Source: Narcine bancroftii (Eukaryota). From it: a stretch of 64,000 bases of DNA. This document shows positions 38,071 through 50,180 of this stretch, piece by piece (position 1 is the first letter of the stretch; each line of letters begins with the position of its first letter). The stretch covers positions 95,356,001 through 95,420,000 of the forward strand of contig NC_091480.1 in the NCBI RefSeq assembly GCF_036971445.1, written 5' to 3'. The notes below the pieces were generated by a model. It was not told the origin of the DNA and did not search any database. It worked only from the letters and a program-made list of their open reading frames with translations. A program made the translations under genes and the position numbers.

Positions 38071-38776
38071 CACACACATTCCATTCTTGTCCATCCATGT
38101 ACTGTGGGCTCCTGTGAGTTCAACAGTATTTTGAAGCCATATCTAACATGGTTATAATCATATCATTGAATGTATCCTGTGGTTTCATACAGTAAGAAAA
38201 GTTTTAACATTAATTTAATCAACCAAAATATATCTTAAAATATTTATTAATCTTTGGTGTTGGCTTGAAAGGTTTCTTCCTCTCTGTTTCTAAGGCATAT
38301 TATATTAGATATTTCTAATCATTGAGCTTGTATTTCCCTGTATAATTCACAGACTTCAACGAAACCATGTTTGGAAACATTGACATGAATGCAAAGGAGT
38401 CAATGTCCCAGTGTTGGAACATTGGAGTGTTTTGCTAGCTTCTTGCCATAACCTGCTGATTAAATATCTACTTGTTCTATATTCATGCTTAAGGTGGGAG
38501 TCATCACTGCATGGAAAGTTTGAGTCAGCTTCAAAGGGCAGCTGGACAAGTCACAGTAAAGGCCTAATCTAGATTAAAACAAAAGCAAATTGCAGGATTG
38601 TATGCTTACTTACAATTATACAGGATGCCATTCAGCCCATTCCATCTACTAGAAGACCGTTTTATTTCCATCTTGTTTCTTATTTCCTTCCAGCTAATCT
38701 CCTCTCACATGCTCATTATATCCATAGAGTGAAGGGTATTTTACAATATTTACAATAGTCAATTAATGGTATTTTG

Positions 38777-39038
38777 ATATCGCCTCCAAGCGTGCATCTT
38801 GGCGCCTCACAGTTCGGCAGGCAGCAACCTCCTTTGAAGAAGACCACAGAGCCCCCCTCACTGACAAAAGACAAAGGAGGAAAAACCCAACACCCAACCC
38901 CAACCAACCAATTTTCCCTTGCAACCGCTGCAACCATGCCTGCCTGTCCCGCATCGGACTTGTCAGTCACCAACGAGCCTGCAGCAGACGTGGACATACC
39001 CCTCCATAAATCTTCATCCGTGAAGCCAAGCCAAAGAA
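38777..39038 (+). mobile_element. RTE LINE 3' end
   Basis: Reverse complement of 4794-5045; ends aagccaagccaaagaa. Confidence 0.85.
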
Positions 39039-39211
39039 TTAATGGTACATTTTGTACAGGTGGGATGAAGCTTGGGCACTGAGCATACACCTATATGGTC
39101 ACGGAGAAGACATCCAAACTCCACAAAGTCAGCATGGCTTCCAAGAACACTAGCTCCTGTGCCTCAATATTATCTTGATGTAGTGCTAAAAGAGACATCC
39201 ATCATTCCTGT

Positions 39212-39405
39212 GAAACACAAAAGTCTGCAGACGCTGCAATTATAGTTTAAAAAACTTACAGAAATGCTAGAGGAACTCAGCTGGTCTTGCAGCATCCATA
39301 GGATGCCCAAGCCCTTCTTGAAGAAGGGATTGGGCTGGAAACATCAATAATATATCTTTACCTCCCAGCCAGGAGACCAGCTCTTCCTCCAACATTTCTG
39401 TATGT
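39212..39405. mobile_element. Fold-back PLE-terminus element
   Basis: Central palindrome gcccaagcccttctt|gaagaagggattgggc; outer arms acagaaatgctagaggaa / ttcctccaacatttctgt. Confidence 0.7.
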
Positions 39406-39709
39406 TCTTATCCATCATTTTTGTCCTGGATCATTGAACCTTTTCCCCAGTTTTTTCCTCCATATTGTTGTAGTTTGGTTCAGATTCATTGAAAGGACAG
39501 TAGAAAGGTGACAGTCACGTGGGGAAGGACAGAGAATGATCAAATGTTAAGCAGGGGAAGAGGCAAGGGAAAGCACAAAGAAGGCAGGGGAAAAAGAAGC
39601 AAGTACTCTAAGCCTTTGCACATCTCAATTTCTTGATTTACTTAACACACTGCTTTAATCATTTCAACTTTCCTAAAACTCTTCACCAGAATTTTGACCC
39701 TTCATGATT

Positions 39710-39983
39710 AAATTTTAATTTAGACATACAGCACAGTATTTAGACATACAGCACAAACGGCTATTTCAGTCCATGAGTCCATGCCACCCAATTTACACAC
39801 AATTAACCTACACTCCCGGTACTTTTTGAACCGTGGGTGGAAACCGGAGCCCCTCGGAGAAAACCCACACAAACACGGGGAGAAGGTACAAACTCCTTAC
39901 AGACAGCGTGATATTCAATGCTGGTCCCAATTGCTGGCGCTGTAAAGGATGAGCTCTAACCGCCACACCAACCGTGCCACCCT
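39710..39983 (-). mobile_element. V-SINE, full length
   Basis: Reverse complement of 2122-2383; 20-bp tandem duplication in the tail. Confidence 0.75.
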
Positions 39984-41578
39984 TTAATCACAAAAGTGAT
40001 TGAAGCATAGTTTAAGTCACAGATAGTGTATTTATTGAAAGGAGAGCAGAACTCTGGCTACCTTACTTTCTAAGGATGTCAAGGCCCAAGGGAGCATCCT
40101 AGAACGAGCCTAGGGCCATTAAAATTTCAGTGATAAAGGCTAAAAAGAACCGCGAGTTGTTCATGAGAAAAAAGATTGAGAGGAGAATTGATAGAAGTAT
40201 ACAAGATCATGACCATTTTGGCTACGTAAATAACAAGAAGCTGTTCATATTAGCAAATGATTTAAGCAAGAGCAAGTGGATAGATTCCAATTAAAAGTTA
40301 TAATATAAAACTTGCTTCCTACTTGTCTAGTTCAGTCAGAAATAACCAGGTCTTCTTGGAGGGAAATCATTTGTATGGTTATAAGGAGTGGCAGGGATGT
40401 GGACTGGTGGGATTTTGCCAGAGAGTCCTCCTGTACCATCACGATCTATGAAACTGTTATTTTAAGACAAGTTCTAATATTAGTCCATGCAAATCCTTTT
40501 CTTGGCATTTTACCTTTGTTTCCTTCTTACTTCCTTGACTGTGGCCCAAATTTAATCTTTATTAATTTTTTTTTTTTTTTTAATACATTTCTTGTTTGGA
40601 TCTTTGCTCGTCTTATCTTTTATGGCACTTTGTTAAATGCAAAAATTTAACAGCAAAGCTAGACACAATGTAATTCATTGGGTATGAAGTGATTGGGACA
40701 AAGGGAGGACATCACGTGTTGGATATTATAGCCTTACATCTTGTCCGTGCTTCCTCTCGGGAATTAATCTTCGATATCACTTTTAATCACCTCTTCACCC
40801 TTCTATCTTTGAGTACATTCCAACGGCTATTTTTTCACATCACTTCAGAAGCATTTCACTCCTTTTCTTGCCCTCTTTTGAATTTGTTTTCCACCAGTAA
40901 TGTGTTCAGCCCTCATAAACACCATCATTCGACTACATGAATGAATTAGTTGACCAAATATTATTCACTGTTTCTCCAAGCAAATTAAAAGGTCACTGTC
41001 ATTTTCTGACATTTATGCTACCTACGACATTTAATCAGAAGCATTTTCACAAGAAATAACTGATCTCAATGTCACTTGTCCTTTAAAATAAAGTGATAAT
41101 TACAAATATATTCATTATTTGTTCACTGTATGTTGTTAAAGAGCTATTTTTCTTTAACGCCATCAGCACCAATATCTATTTGTCATTGCAGGTACGAATA
41201 GTAAATGGGTATGCCAGCATAATAGCAACAAATAATAAAAATGCAACTTTAAACAGACAATTTCCCTCTCATGAGTTATCATTTACTTAAAAATAATCAG
41301 AATTATTCATATAAACTGAAGGACAAATGCAATCCATTGCATTATCACACTCCCATTGTCAGCAAAAGAATGGAAGATGTTATTATCAAACACTATGAAG
41401 CTACATTTGCCTACAAGTCTCTCAGGAATATCCAAAATGGGCTTTGACACCATTATAGACTAGGTCTCACCCGAGCCGAAGAACTGTCTTCCCAAACTGA
41501 GATAGCAATCAGACAGCATTTAATATTTGATATCAATAAGCCCCAGTAAAATAGACATCAATAGGAAAGAAAGGGAAA

Positions 41579-42595
41579 TGTGTTGGATTATGTAATCTTT
41601 TATATTGTTCACAGATATGTTTTAAAGGAGATCAATTGGTTTTTTTTAAGTGTAGGTCACAAACAAATACAAACACTTCAAGACCGATCGCATTTAAAAT
41701 GCCAGAGCTTGGCTTAAGCCAGACAGTCCAGGCTCCAAGTGCCTTTGCAAAAACTTTGAAGAATACCTATAGAGACTTCACACAAGTAGGTGATAATTGT
41801 ACCTGCTGTGGAGTAATTGTATTATTGTTTTGGAAAGCAACAGATGAGTGGAGTCAGGATTGGGTCCGGTGCCACAGTCTCTCTGAATGCAGTTTGCTGT
41901 TCTAAGAGGGTCATGTGGTTTTCTCTGTGTGAGAGAGAGAGAGAGAGAGATGAAATATAGCTCTAAAGTTCAGCAGCAGCTGGGACTGGAACAGGACAAG
42001 CTGGCAATTTTGAAGATGGGTTGGGAGTTCTTAGTTCAGCCTGTTAAAGCCCTTGTGATCCATATAAGAGAAGATGGCTGGCTGGATAACATTTCAATTG
42101 AAATAAGGGGAACAAAAAAGGAACTCTCTGGTGACCTGAAAGAAAGAAAACCCTGATGGGGCAAGTTTCTTCAACAAGACACTGAAGTAGCTGATTGGAA
42201 AGAATCAGTTTGTGTCCAACGAGCAACAAATCTCTCTCTGAAAACTGACAAGAACCTTCCTGAGTGGTAACCATTTACCTTTCAAGCACCAAAGCCTGGT
42301 GAAATTCATAAATGTTAAATTCTGCGCACATTATTAGAAGTACCTGATACCAGTGAACTTGGAGAAGTGAAAAGTGAAATTGGACTGTGAATCAAATAAC
42401 TTTTCTGAACTTGTACACACACATTACATGCACGCTCGCTTAGAATTAGAAGGGGGTTAAGTTAATAGTGATAAGTTAAAGTTTGATCCTGTTTTTAGGC
42501 TTAAATAAAATTAAAAGTAACTTTTGTTTAAGTAACCATTTGTCTTGGTGAATTTCTATTGCTGCTGGGCTTTGGGGTCCTCTGGGCCCACGACA
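41579..42595 (+). mobile_element. Solo-LTR-like repeat, about 1 kb, copy 2
   Basis: TGT...ACA termini; colinear with 1-473 and 51521-52274; internal (GA)n; no clear target-site duplication. Confidence 0.7.
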
Positions 42596-42599
42596 AATT

Positions 42600-43260
42600 T
42601 CTTCAACCCTTGAACAAAGAACATGGTTTTGGTTGGAGGAGCCCATTCATTCCAGCTCCAGGAGTTCCTTAAGACAATGTTCTGGACCCAACCAGCTGCC
42701 TCATCATTAATCTTCATTGTATTCAAATGTCAAGAGACGATATTTTCACTGATGATTGCACAACACTCTCATAGCAGCAGAGACTGGGACCGCGGTTCAA
42801 ATCCCACACTGTCTCTAAGCAGTTGGCACATTCTCCCTGTGTGTGGGTTTTCTCTGGGTGATCCACTTTCCTCCCACCATTAAAAATGAACCAGAGGTGT
42901 AAGTCAATAGGGTGTCATTGGGCAGCAGGGGCTCGTGGGCCAGAAGGGCCTGTTGCCATGCTGTATATCTAAATTTAAAATTGCACAATGTTCAATTCCA
43001 TTTGAAGAGCTTCAGAAAATGGGGTACTCTGCTTTGGGATACTCCCAAAGGACTTGGCTATTATGAGAAAGGTACCATGTATATCATGGAAATGCCTATA
43101 CATGGTGATAATCTCGGACAGTAAGCAGTCCGACCACCTGATCTGGGTACTCAATGGCATTACATTAGTTTGGCCTCCATTGGAGAAACATAGCCATGTA
43201 AGTACCATGGCAACAAAAATGAGTGGAAAACCTCCTTGCATTCTAAAGTAATTTCATCAC
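42600..43260 (+). mobile_element. Old CR1-type RT fragment with a V-SINE inserted at about 42770-42981
   Basis: caggagttcct..aatgttct..(PQG region), ctgatgattgcaca (ADD); SINE central domain and tail. Confidence 0.5.
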
Positions 43261-44559
43261 ATGCAAAAATCCTAATCTGGACCATGTTGGAAACATCCCA
43301 TATGCAAACATGAATACAATCCCCCCCCCTCCCCAAAACACTCAGGAAAGCTAACACCCTGCCAGGGCAGCATAGTGATACAGGTGGTAAAATCTGGAGG
43401 AGGTTAATGGGAATGCTGGGAGAATCAACATAGAAACAGTGTGTATGGGTGGACGATGACTAGGACAGACTCAGTGGACCAAAGGTGCTGGTTTAATGTT
43501 GAATAACTATGACCAATCAGGATGGGCTTCCTCCACCAGCATTGGTAACACAGCTGCATTATTAGGCTATTTACCAAATACATTGCAAATGCTCACCAAA
43601 GTTACTCCTACGGCACCTCTCAAACACGCAGTTTCTGACCTCATGCCCAATAATGATTCCACCAGTAATTTCTCAGTGTTCGATTGAAACATTAATTGTG
43701 TTGCTAAATTGTCATTTTCATGATTCCTAGAAAAACATCACCTATTTACTAGATACTATTTGCATTATTTATGGCTGTATTGTGCAAAGTCATTGAAATG
43801 CATAATTTTAAAATGATAAAATACACTCTGGAAGTACTCAACAGATTAATGACCATTTGGAAACAATCTTTATTGAAATGTGGCTTGGACCTTACCTTGG
43901 AATTTACATTTCATCCAAAATAGAAAACTTTCTCTCTTTAGAGTTGCGCGTGTCCATTTTATTTCCAGATAGAACCAAAGAGTAACCCAGCAAGGAAACA
44001 GGCCTTATGGTCCAACTTGCCCACACTGTCAAAAATTCCCACTCACAAGTCTCCCATCTGTCTGTGTTTGGCCCATATCCCTCTCAACCTATCCTACCTG
44101 TGTATCCGTCCAAATTTATCTTAAATGTTACTGTGTAAAAATGTTACCCCTCAGGTTCCAATTAAATCTCTCCACCCTCATGTTAAACCTATGCCCTCTG
44201 GTTATTGATACCCCAATTCAGGGCAAAAGACAGAGTTCATCCAATCTTTTCTTCTCCTGAGCTTGCAATACAAACATGTTTTTGTTCATATTACATATGC
44301 CAAACTTTAATTTTTACACAAAGATTTTTGTAAAAAAAATGAAAATCTCTATTCCTGGCTGCAAGTAGAAGTCAAGCTAAGTAGTGTCATATCAATTCTT
44401 ATTGGTAGAGAGTTATTACCCTTGATGTTAGACTGTTAATCTCTTCATCTACCATTATTTTGGGTTTAAAAAAAAACAAAGTTTTTACTAACATAGGATA
44501 AATATGAATGTAGTAAATATGTTAGTGAAAACTTTGGGTTTTTTTAAAAAACTCAAAAA

Positions 44560-45080
44560 TAATGGCAGATGGAGATTAAAAGTCTAGCATCAAAAGTAAT
44601 AACTCTCTACCAATAAGAAGGAGATAATAATTGACTTCAGGAAAGTGGGCAGAGTTCACACCCCTGTCCATGTTAATGGTGACAGAATAGAGAGATTCAA
44701 GTTCTTAGGGATGAATATTTCCAATGACCTGATGGGATAAACGACTGTCAAGAAAGCACTCCAATCCCTCTACATTCTTGGAAGGAAAGGATGTCCACCT
44801 TGTCCCTCAGCAACTTCTACAGCTTCACCATTAGAAGCACACTTGCTGGATACGTCAGTCTAGTTAGGGAGCTGCTCCGCTCAAGATAAGTAGTCAGGGA
44901 AGGTAGCAAATGCCACTTTGAACATCACGAAAAGTTTCCTCCGCTCCATGGACTCCACATCGCCTACTGGCGAGGAAAGGCAGCCAACACACTGAAAGAC
45001 CACACTGTTATCCTATCCTGGAGAAGACTTAAAGGTGTTAAAGTATGCACCAACATTTTCTTCCCTGCAGCTCCTGAGTG
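44560..45080 (+). mobile_element. Degraded Rex1/Babar fragment upstream of GH
   Basis: KEIIIDFRK..., FKFLG, VKKALQSLY, LSNFYSFTIRSTL. Confidence 0.55.
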
Positions 45081-45779
45081 GACTCTGCAACCTTGGGCTC
45101 ATGTTGCCCTTGCTTGGAGCTAATCGATCCCACTTGCTTCTGCAATGCCATCATCTATAAATTGTGCTCTGTACACGTCGGTATAAAATGAGACGGATAA
45201 CACTGTGCAGTTCACCCCCTTGGTATTCTGTGATCAATTTAAACGAAACTAAAGATGCCTGGATCGAAATATATGGCAGAAAAAGGAATATTGTCCCAGA
45301 AATACACTATTTTACAGGATGCTGTCTAAATATACTGATAAAGAAAAAAACGTTTTGTTTTTCTCAATTCATCTATTAGCTTTGGGAGACAGCGTCACCT
45401 TTATCCACTAAACGTTCGGGAACATCTCCTGTGCACCAACTTCTTACTGCGAGCTCAAGTGCAGGGGTCCTGTTCAATGTCAAAGTGACATCGCCTCATT
45501 GAAAATCTAACAAACACAGGTCCATCTCAGCTCATGGAGCCGCGTTTATTTGTTATTAATTTCTTCTTCCGTGAAATGTATACTGCTGACATTTGGCAAT
45601 CGATGCACTTGTTCCCCCCCCCCCCACCCCCTCCCCATCGGTCAAAGTAAAACACAGTTGAAACACTGGTCATACAACTTGCTAAAATGGTGAATAAAAA
45701 CATGATGTTTTTTCCCTCCGTCATTGGTTCACGTTACTAAACTCAAAGCTTTTGTCATTTAGTGGGTGGAAGAGAACGT

Positions 45780-46038
45780 TCTCTTGAACATATAAACAAG
45801 TATAAGAGGTCAAGCATCCAGGAGCAGGTTAGGAAGTGAATAATCCCGCCGTCCATTAAAGTTCAGAACACTTTTTAAACGTAATTAATATCGCCCCATC
45901 AACCAAGTCTTCAATATATGCATAGATCTCTCACTATATATGTTGAATCGTTGAGTTGGAGGCATGCTAGAATCCTGTGAACTGGTCACTTTGGCTGAAT
46001 TTTGGTGCATCTTGTGCTTTACCTAGTGACATAACAGG
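45780..46038 (+). promoter_or_regulatory. GH proximal promoter and 5' UTR
   Basis: Pit-1/POU1F1 consensus TATATGCAT 45915-45923; TATA candidates TATATA 45935-45940 and TATAAA 45791-45796. Confidence 0.55.
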
Positions 46039-46048
46039 ATGGTTTCAG
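46039..46048 (+). CDS. GH1: Growth hormone exon 1 (ATG GTT TCA G)
   Basis: 10-nt phase-1 first exon as in vertebrate GH genes; cag|gttagc donor; joins exon 2 in frame. Confidence 0.75.
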
Positions 46049-46657
46049 GTTAGCTTCTGCTTTGTGCTTCGTCGACGTGGTGACCCCCAACGTCAAAGTT
46101 TTTTTGGTTGAATTTCGCTGGCATGTTTTCCCGTTAACTTTGTAAATTCCTTGTCGTGTATCGTCTTTCGAAGACTTTTCCCCTTCCAATTCCAGAGTCT
46201 CCGTTTAACTTTCCTGTTATAGATAGAGAATTTGGGTTAAAAAGGGTTCAAGTTAAAATGTGATGATTAGACATAGAAGGGGGCTAACCACTGGAGTTTA
46301 GCTGGACGATGATGGGTCACTTTGTCCATTTCTACTGGAAGAAGCAGAACTGGCACCTGGCGACATCGGGTGCCTTTTTGTTCGGGAACACTCGAGGACG
46401 TCTCCGGACTTCTAACACGGTTGCTTTTAGTCGTCGTCTAAAGAAGGGGGCGAAATGCAGATCATGATGGAATCTCAATATTTAAACGCTTCCTTTTCAG
46501 ATCTTTGATTGTCCGAAGCCACGGGGTGACATTGACAAAGTAGAACAGTGTGTGTTTGGTCTCCCACCCCCTGCTTAAACTAACTTTCGAATCGTTTCCC
46601 CGATGTCGCTGTATCATTTCTGTTGTTTCTAATCATCGTTTTCCCTCTGTCCGCCAG

Positions 46658-46821
46658 GTTTGTCACTGTGTTCCATTGTTTTGGCCCTGATGTTAGTTTC
46701 CATGCAATGTCCCATGGATCTGGAAGCGTTCCCACTACTGCCTCTGTCCGAACTGTTCGCCAAGGCTGTGCACAGGGCACAACATCTGCATCTCGTTGCC
46801 GCAGAAACCTGCAAAGATTTC
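46658..46821 (+). CDS. GH1: Growth hormone exon 2
   Basis: Signal peptide plus [31 protein letters not shown]; ccgccag| and |gtacgt. Confidence 0.96.
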
Positions 46822-46929
46822 GTACGTAGCCAACCCCAAACACGACTCGTGATGAAAATGAAATCACCTTGATCGATCGGCCACGGTAGCGGATTCATGC
46901 ATCTCATCTGTGTTTTTAAATTTCAACAG

Positions 46930-47046
46930 GAACGAAAATATATCCCTGAAGAGCAACGCCATTCTCACAAGAGTTCGCCTTCTGCTTTCTGTCAGTCTGA
47001 GACTATCCCTGCACCGACTGGAAAAGAAGATGCCCAACAACGATCG
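46930..47046 (+). CDS. GH1: Growth hormone exon 3
   Basis: [39 protein letters not shown]; 117 nt. Confidence 0.97.
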
Positions 47047-47476
47047 GTATTTGTTAACAGAGCTCGCAGAAAAAAACCCCAATCAAACTGGTCTCCAGCT
47101 TTAAACTCCTTCGTTCGTCCCTTTGTTAACGATTCCCAAGTCATCATTCCCTCATCCTTGAGGCTGACCCATTCAACGTGAAGGTTCCTCTTGTTGGTCA
47201 GAGATCAACTCTGAAAAGAACTGGAGGTTGGAGTAAAACGAGAAAGTCTGCAGACATTCGTAAAAGCTGCCTTTCTGGGAAAGGGTTGAACCCAACAGAT
47301 TACAGAGAGTGATTCTGGCTGCTCAGTCATTCAGGAGTAAACTCAGTCTGAGGAACATGCCGGAGTGAATACTCCGTTGGTTTGTTGCATGGACAAACGA
47401 TAGTATTTGCGTGAGGGATGAAATGCGCCAAGCTGGTAACAGAATAATCATTTACCTGCTCTTCTCTCTTTCACAG

Positions 47477-47617
47477 GATAAGGAGCTGCTGGTGTTCTCG
47501 CTGCTTCTCATTCAGAGTTGGCTTAATCCAATGCAGAACAGCAGGGCTTTCAGGACCTCGGACAGAGTCTATAACAAATTAAGGGACCTGGAAGAAGGCA
47601 TCTATGCTCTGATGAAA
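47477..47617 (+). CDS. GH1: Growth hormone exon 4
   Basis: [18 protein letters not shown]...[21 protein letters not shown]; 141 nt. Confidence 0.97.
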
Positions 47618-49359
47618 GTAAGTCGGTACAATCTTACCTGTATTCCCACAAGAAGAAGGGTGGTAACGTTACACTTCAGGCAATACTCTAATTACGAGAC
47701 AAGAGTAATGGCCCAAATTTTGCTCTCAACTCCGTGATCACCACTCGATGCAAAAGACTTGATCGCGCAGGCAATTCAACGCGAGATTCCCTCTCTCATT
47801 TGGCGTCCATCCACTTTTAGAGTCTTCCTTTAAGTCGAAAGGTATCCGCTTTGTCTGCCAGTTGCGTGGCGAATACCATGAAAACCTTATTGTAATTTCC
47901 GGAGTTGTGTTACCTTGTAATTGTTGACAGAGCCATCATTATTTATTAACAAACTCCCTGATCTCAAATACTCCAGCCAGGTTTGTGTGCGTGTAATTTG
48001 CATCAAAAAGGGAAAAGGGTTAATAAGGGGAAGCCTTTCACCTTTGGATCCCTGCTGATTTCAAACTATAAATCAATTGAAGGATGCTATTTGACCAAAT
48101 GTTTGTAGTGGTTCTAGAATGTTCAAAGGGCAAGAATTATAATGTATTCTTCAGGTGAGAGGGACAACCTAGATCAATAGGGAGCTATTTAAAAGATGCA
48201 TTGGTAAATCGACTTTCGAGGCAGATTTTGAGATTATTTGGTGTTGCACCAATATGATGCTTGCAAAATAGGAATGCAATCTTTTTTTGCAGAAATGGCT
48301 CAATAGAGTAAAATATTATCTTGCATCAGAAAGTAAAATCAGGAGATAGTTTGACTTAAATTGTCAATTGTGGAGATCCTCATCTGTGTCATGTGCTCTT
48401 TTTGAAGTCTCTCTTATCAACATTACAATCGCTGGTGACTTTAATATACTCACAACTTGATAAATGGTAAAATGAGGAACTGATAGTGGTTTTTACTTGA
48501 ATAAATCATAAAAGATGTTAATATCACCAAAGACTGAATAAGCACCGAGATTAATCTAGTTTCATAGAGCAACCAGTAGCATATACAAGTTTCAACATTC
48601 CTAATTTCAAAGGGTGGCATCCTATCGTTTACATTCAGTTTAACTAGTTACATCACTAATGTATGGGGGGGGGGAAAGACACTTTGAGCTCCCAAGCCCA
48701 CACATTAATTGGAGGTGGGGGAAAGAATGGGAACTAGTTTACCACAGAATAATTCAGATATATATTTAGAGATTGAATTAGAAGGTATTTTCAATTAAAG
48801 CTGAGCAAAGAATCAACACAGATTTGGATACTTTTCCTCCTTTTCTATGGCTTTGTATATTTATATACAAATAGGGCTTAGCCATTGGATTAGTTTCCAA
48901 GGATACACGGCCTTCAATACAAAGTGTCTGTAATTGCAGTACAGAGCAATTTTATTATTCATTAATACATCAGATCTTTTATCCAGCAGGTTGGACGATA
49001 TGGTTTCAAAATGTTCAGGTAGTACCAAAGGTTACAACTTTAAAACTTTCTTTTATCTAAACCTTCAGGAATCATAATATTCTAGACCAATACTTACAAG
49101 ATTTCACAAATGGTTTTGCTTCATTATTTGGGTTGTCCAGAAAAATTATATTTTACTGATTATGGACTCACAATTTTCTATGAATTTTAGCACATAACAT
49201 AAATTGATATAATGTTGTACCATACGACGTGAATGTTACTACACGTCACAAGAGCATGGCCAAAACAAAGCTGTTATATACTGAACAACCAGTTTCACTG
49301 AAAAGAATGTTTCCAATGTGGAATTACTAGTAAACTGTAATCATGCTGTATCTTTCCAG

Positions 49360-49560
49360 GCTCTAGAAGATGGAGGTTCTTCACAAGGCTTTACTTGGCT
49401 GAATTTTTCCTATGACAGGTTCAATGGAGACTTAAGTGAGGAAGCTTTGATGAAAAACTATGGCCTCCTGGCTTGTTTTAAGAAGGACATGCATAAAGTT
49501 GAAACCTACCTGAAAGTTATGAATTGCAAACGTTTTGCAGAGAGTAACTGTACCGTGTAG
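49360..49560 (+). CDS. GH1: Growth hormone exon 5
   Basis: ALEDG...[35 protein letters not shown]; somatotropin signature. Confidence 0.98.
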   Translation, partial: ALEDGGSSQGFTWLNFSYDRFNGDLSEEALMKNYGLLACFKKDMHKVETYLKVMNCKRFAESNCTV

Positions 49561-49782
49561 TGTAAGGTTATAATCAAAATCAGTGAGGAAAACTCAAAAT
49601 AAAGTTAGTCTGTCTTTCAAGTAATTATTGAAAAAACCTCTCTATATTATATAATAAATACCTGAAGATTTACAATGTATAACTGCAAATATTTTCTGTT
49701 ATCTGTATATTTACCTGCAGATGTGATTTCTATCCAAAAGATTATTGTAAGTCATAGCAAATATCAGTTATCTTGCAATTTC

Positions 49783-49788
49783 AATAAA
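49783..49788 (+). terminator. Candidate GH polyadenylation signal
   Basis: AATAAA followed by a GT/T-rich tract; other AATAAA hexamers at about 49598, 49653 and 49836 are alternatives. Confidence 0.4.
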
Positions 49789-49927
49789 CTGTTGTATTGA
49801 ATTGTAAATGAGTATCTGATTATTTTATTTTCAAAAATAAATCTGAGATTTATAAATCTAGGGAAGGGAACTCTTTCCAATTTGGATATTGATTATCAAG
49901 TTCCTGATCAATTGCAATATGGTTTAT

Positions 49928-50180
49928 AAAGGAAAAGGTAAAAAGTAAAGGTTCCATTATTGTCACATACTACAACATTTAGAATGCAACATGCACGAAA
50001 TTCTTTGGCTCTTGTCTGCCATAAGGGAGACAGAGAGTTGCCATTTCGTCCAGCACCTCTCACAGAAACCTGCACCAGGTGTTCCCAGGTGATCTTCCCT
50101 CCGGTACTGACTAGGCCTGAGCCTGCTTAGCTTCCAAGGTGAAACAATTTCATGTGTATTCAAGCTATCAGGGGCTGCTA
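49928..50180 (-). mobile_element. 5S rRNA-derived SINE (SINE3-like)
   Basis: Minus strand ggaagctaagcaggctcaggcctagtcagtaccggagggaagatcacctgggaacacctggtgc aligns with the 3' half of 5S rRNA (box A, IE, box C); followed by a LINE-like tail tgtgacaataatggaacc and (cttttac)n. Confidence 0.8.

Noticed and set aside
46039-49560. Prolactin or somatolactin instead of GH
   Set aside because: Motifs AQHLHL, [17 protein letters not shown] and [13 protein letters not shown] are GH-type, and there is no N-terminal disulfide loop.
50065-50180. Functional 5S rRNA gene
   Set aside because: Many substitutions, a diverged 5' half, no tandem array, and fusion to a retroposon tail.
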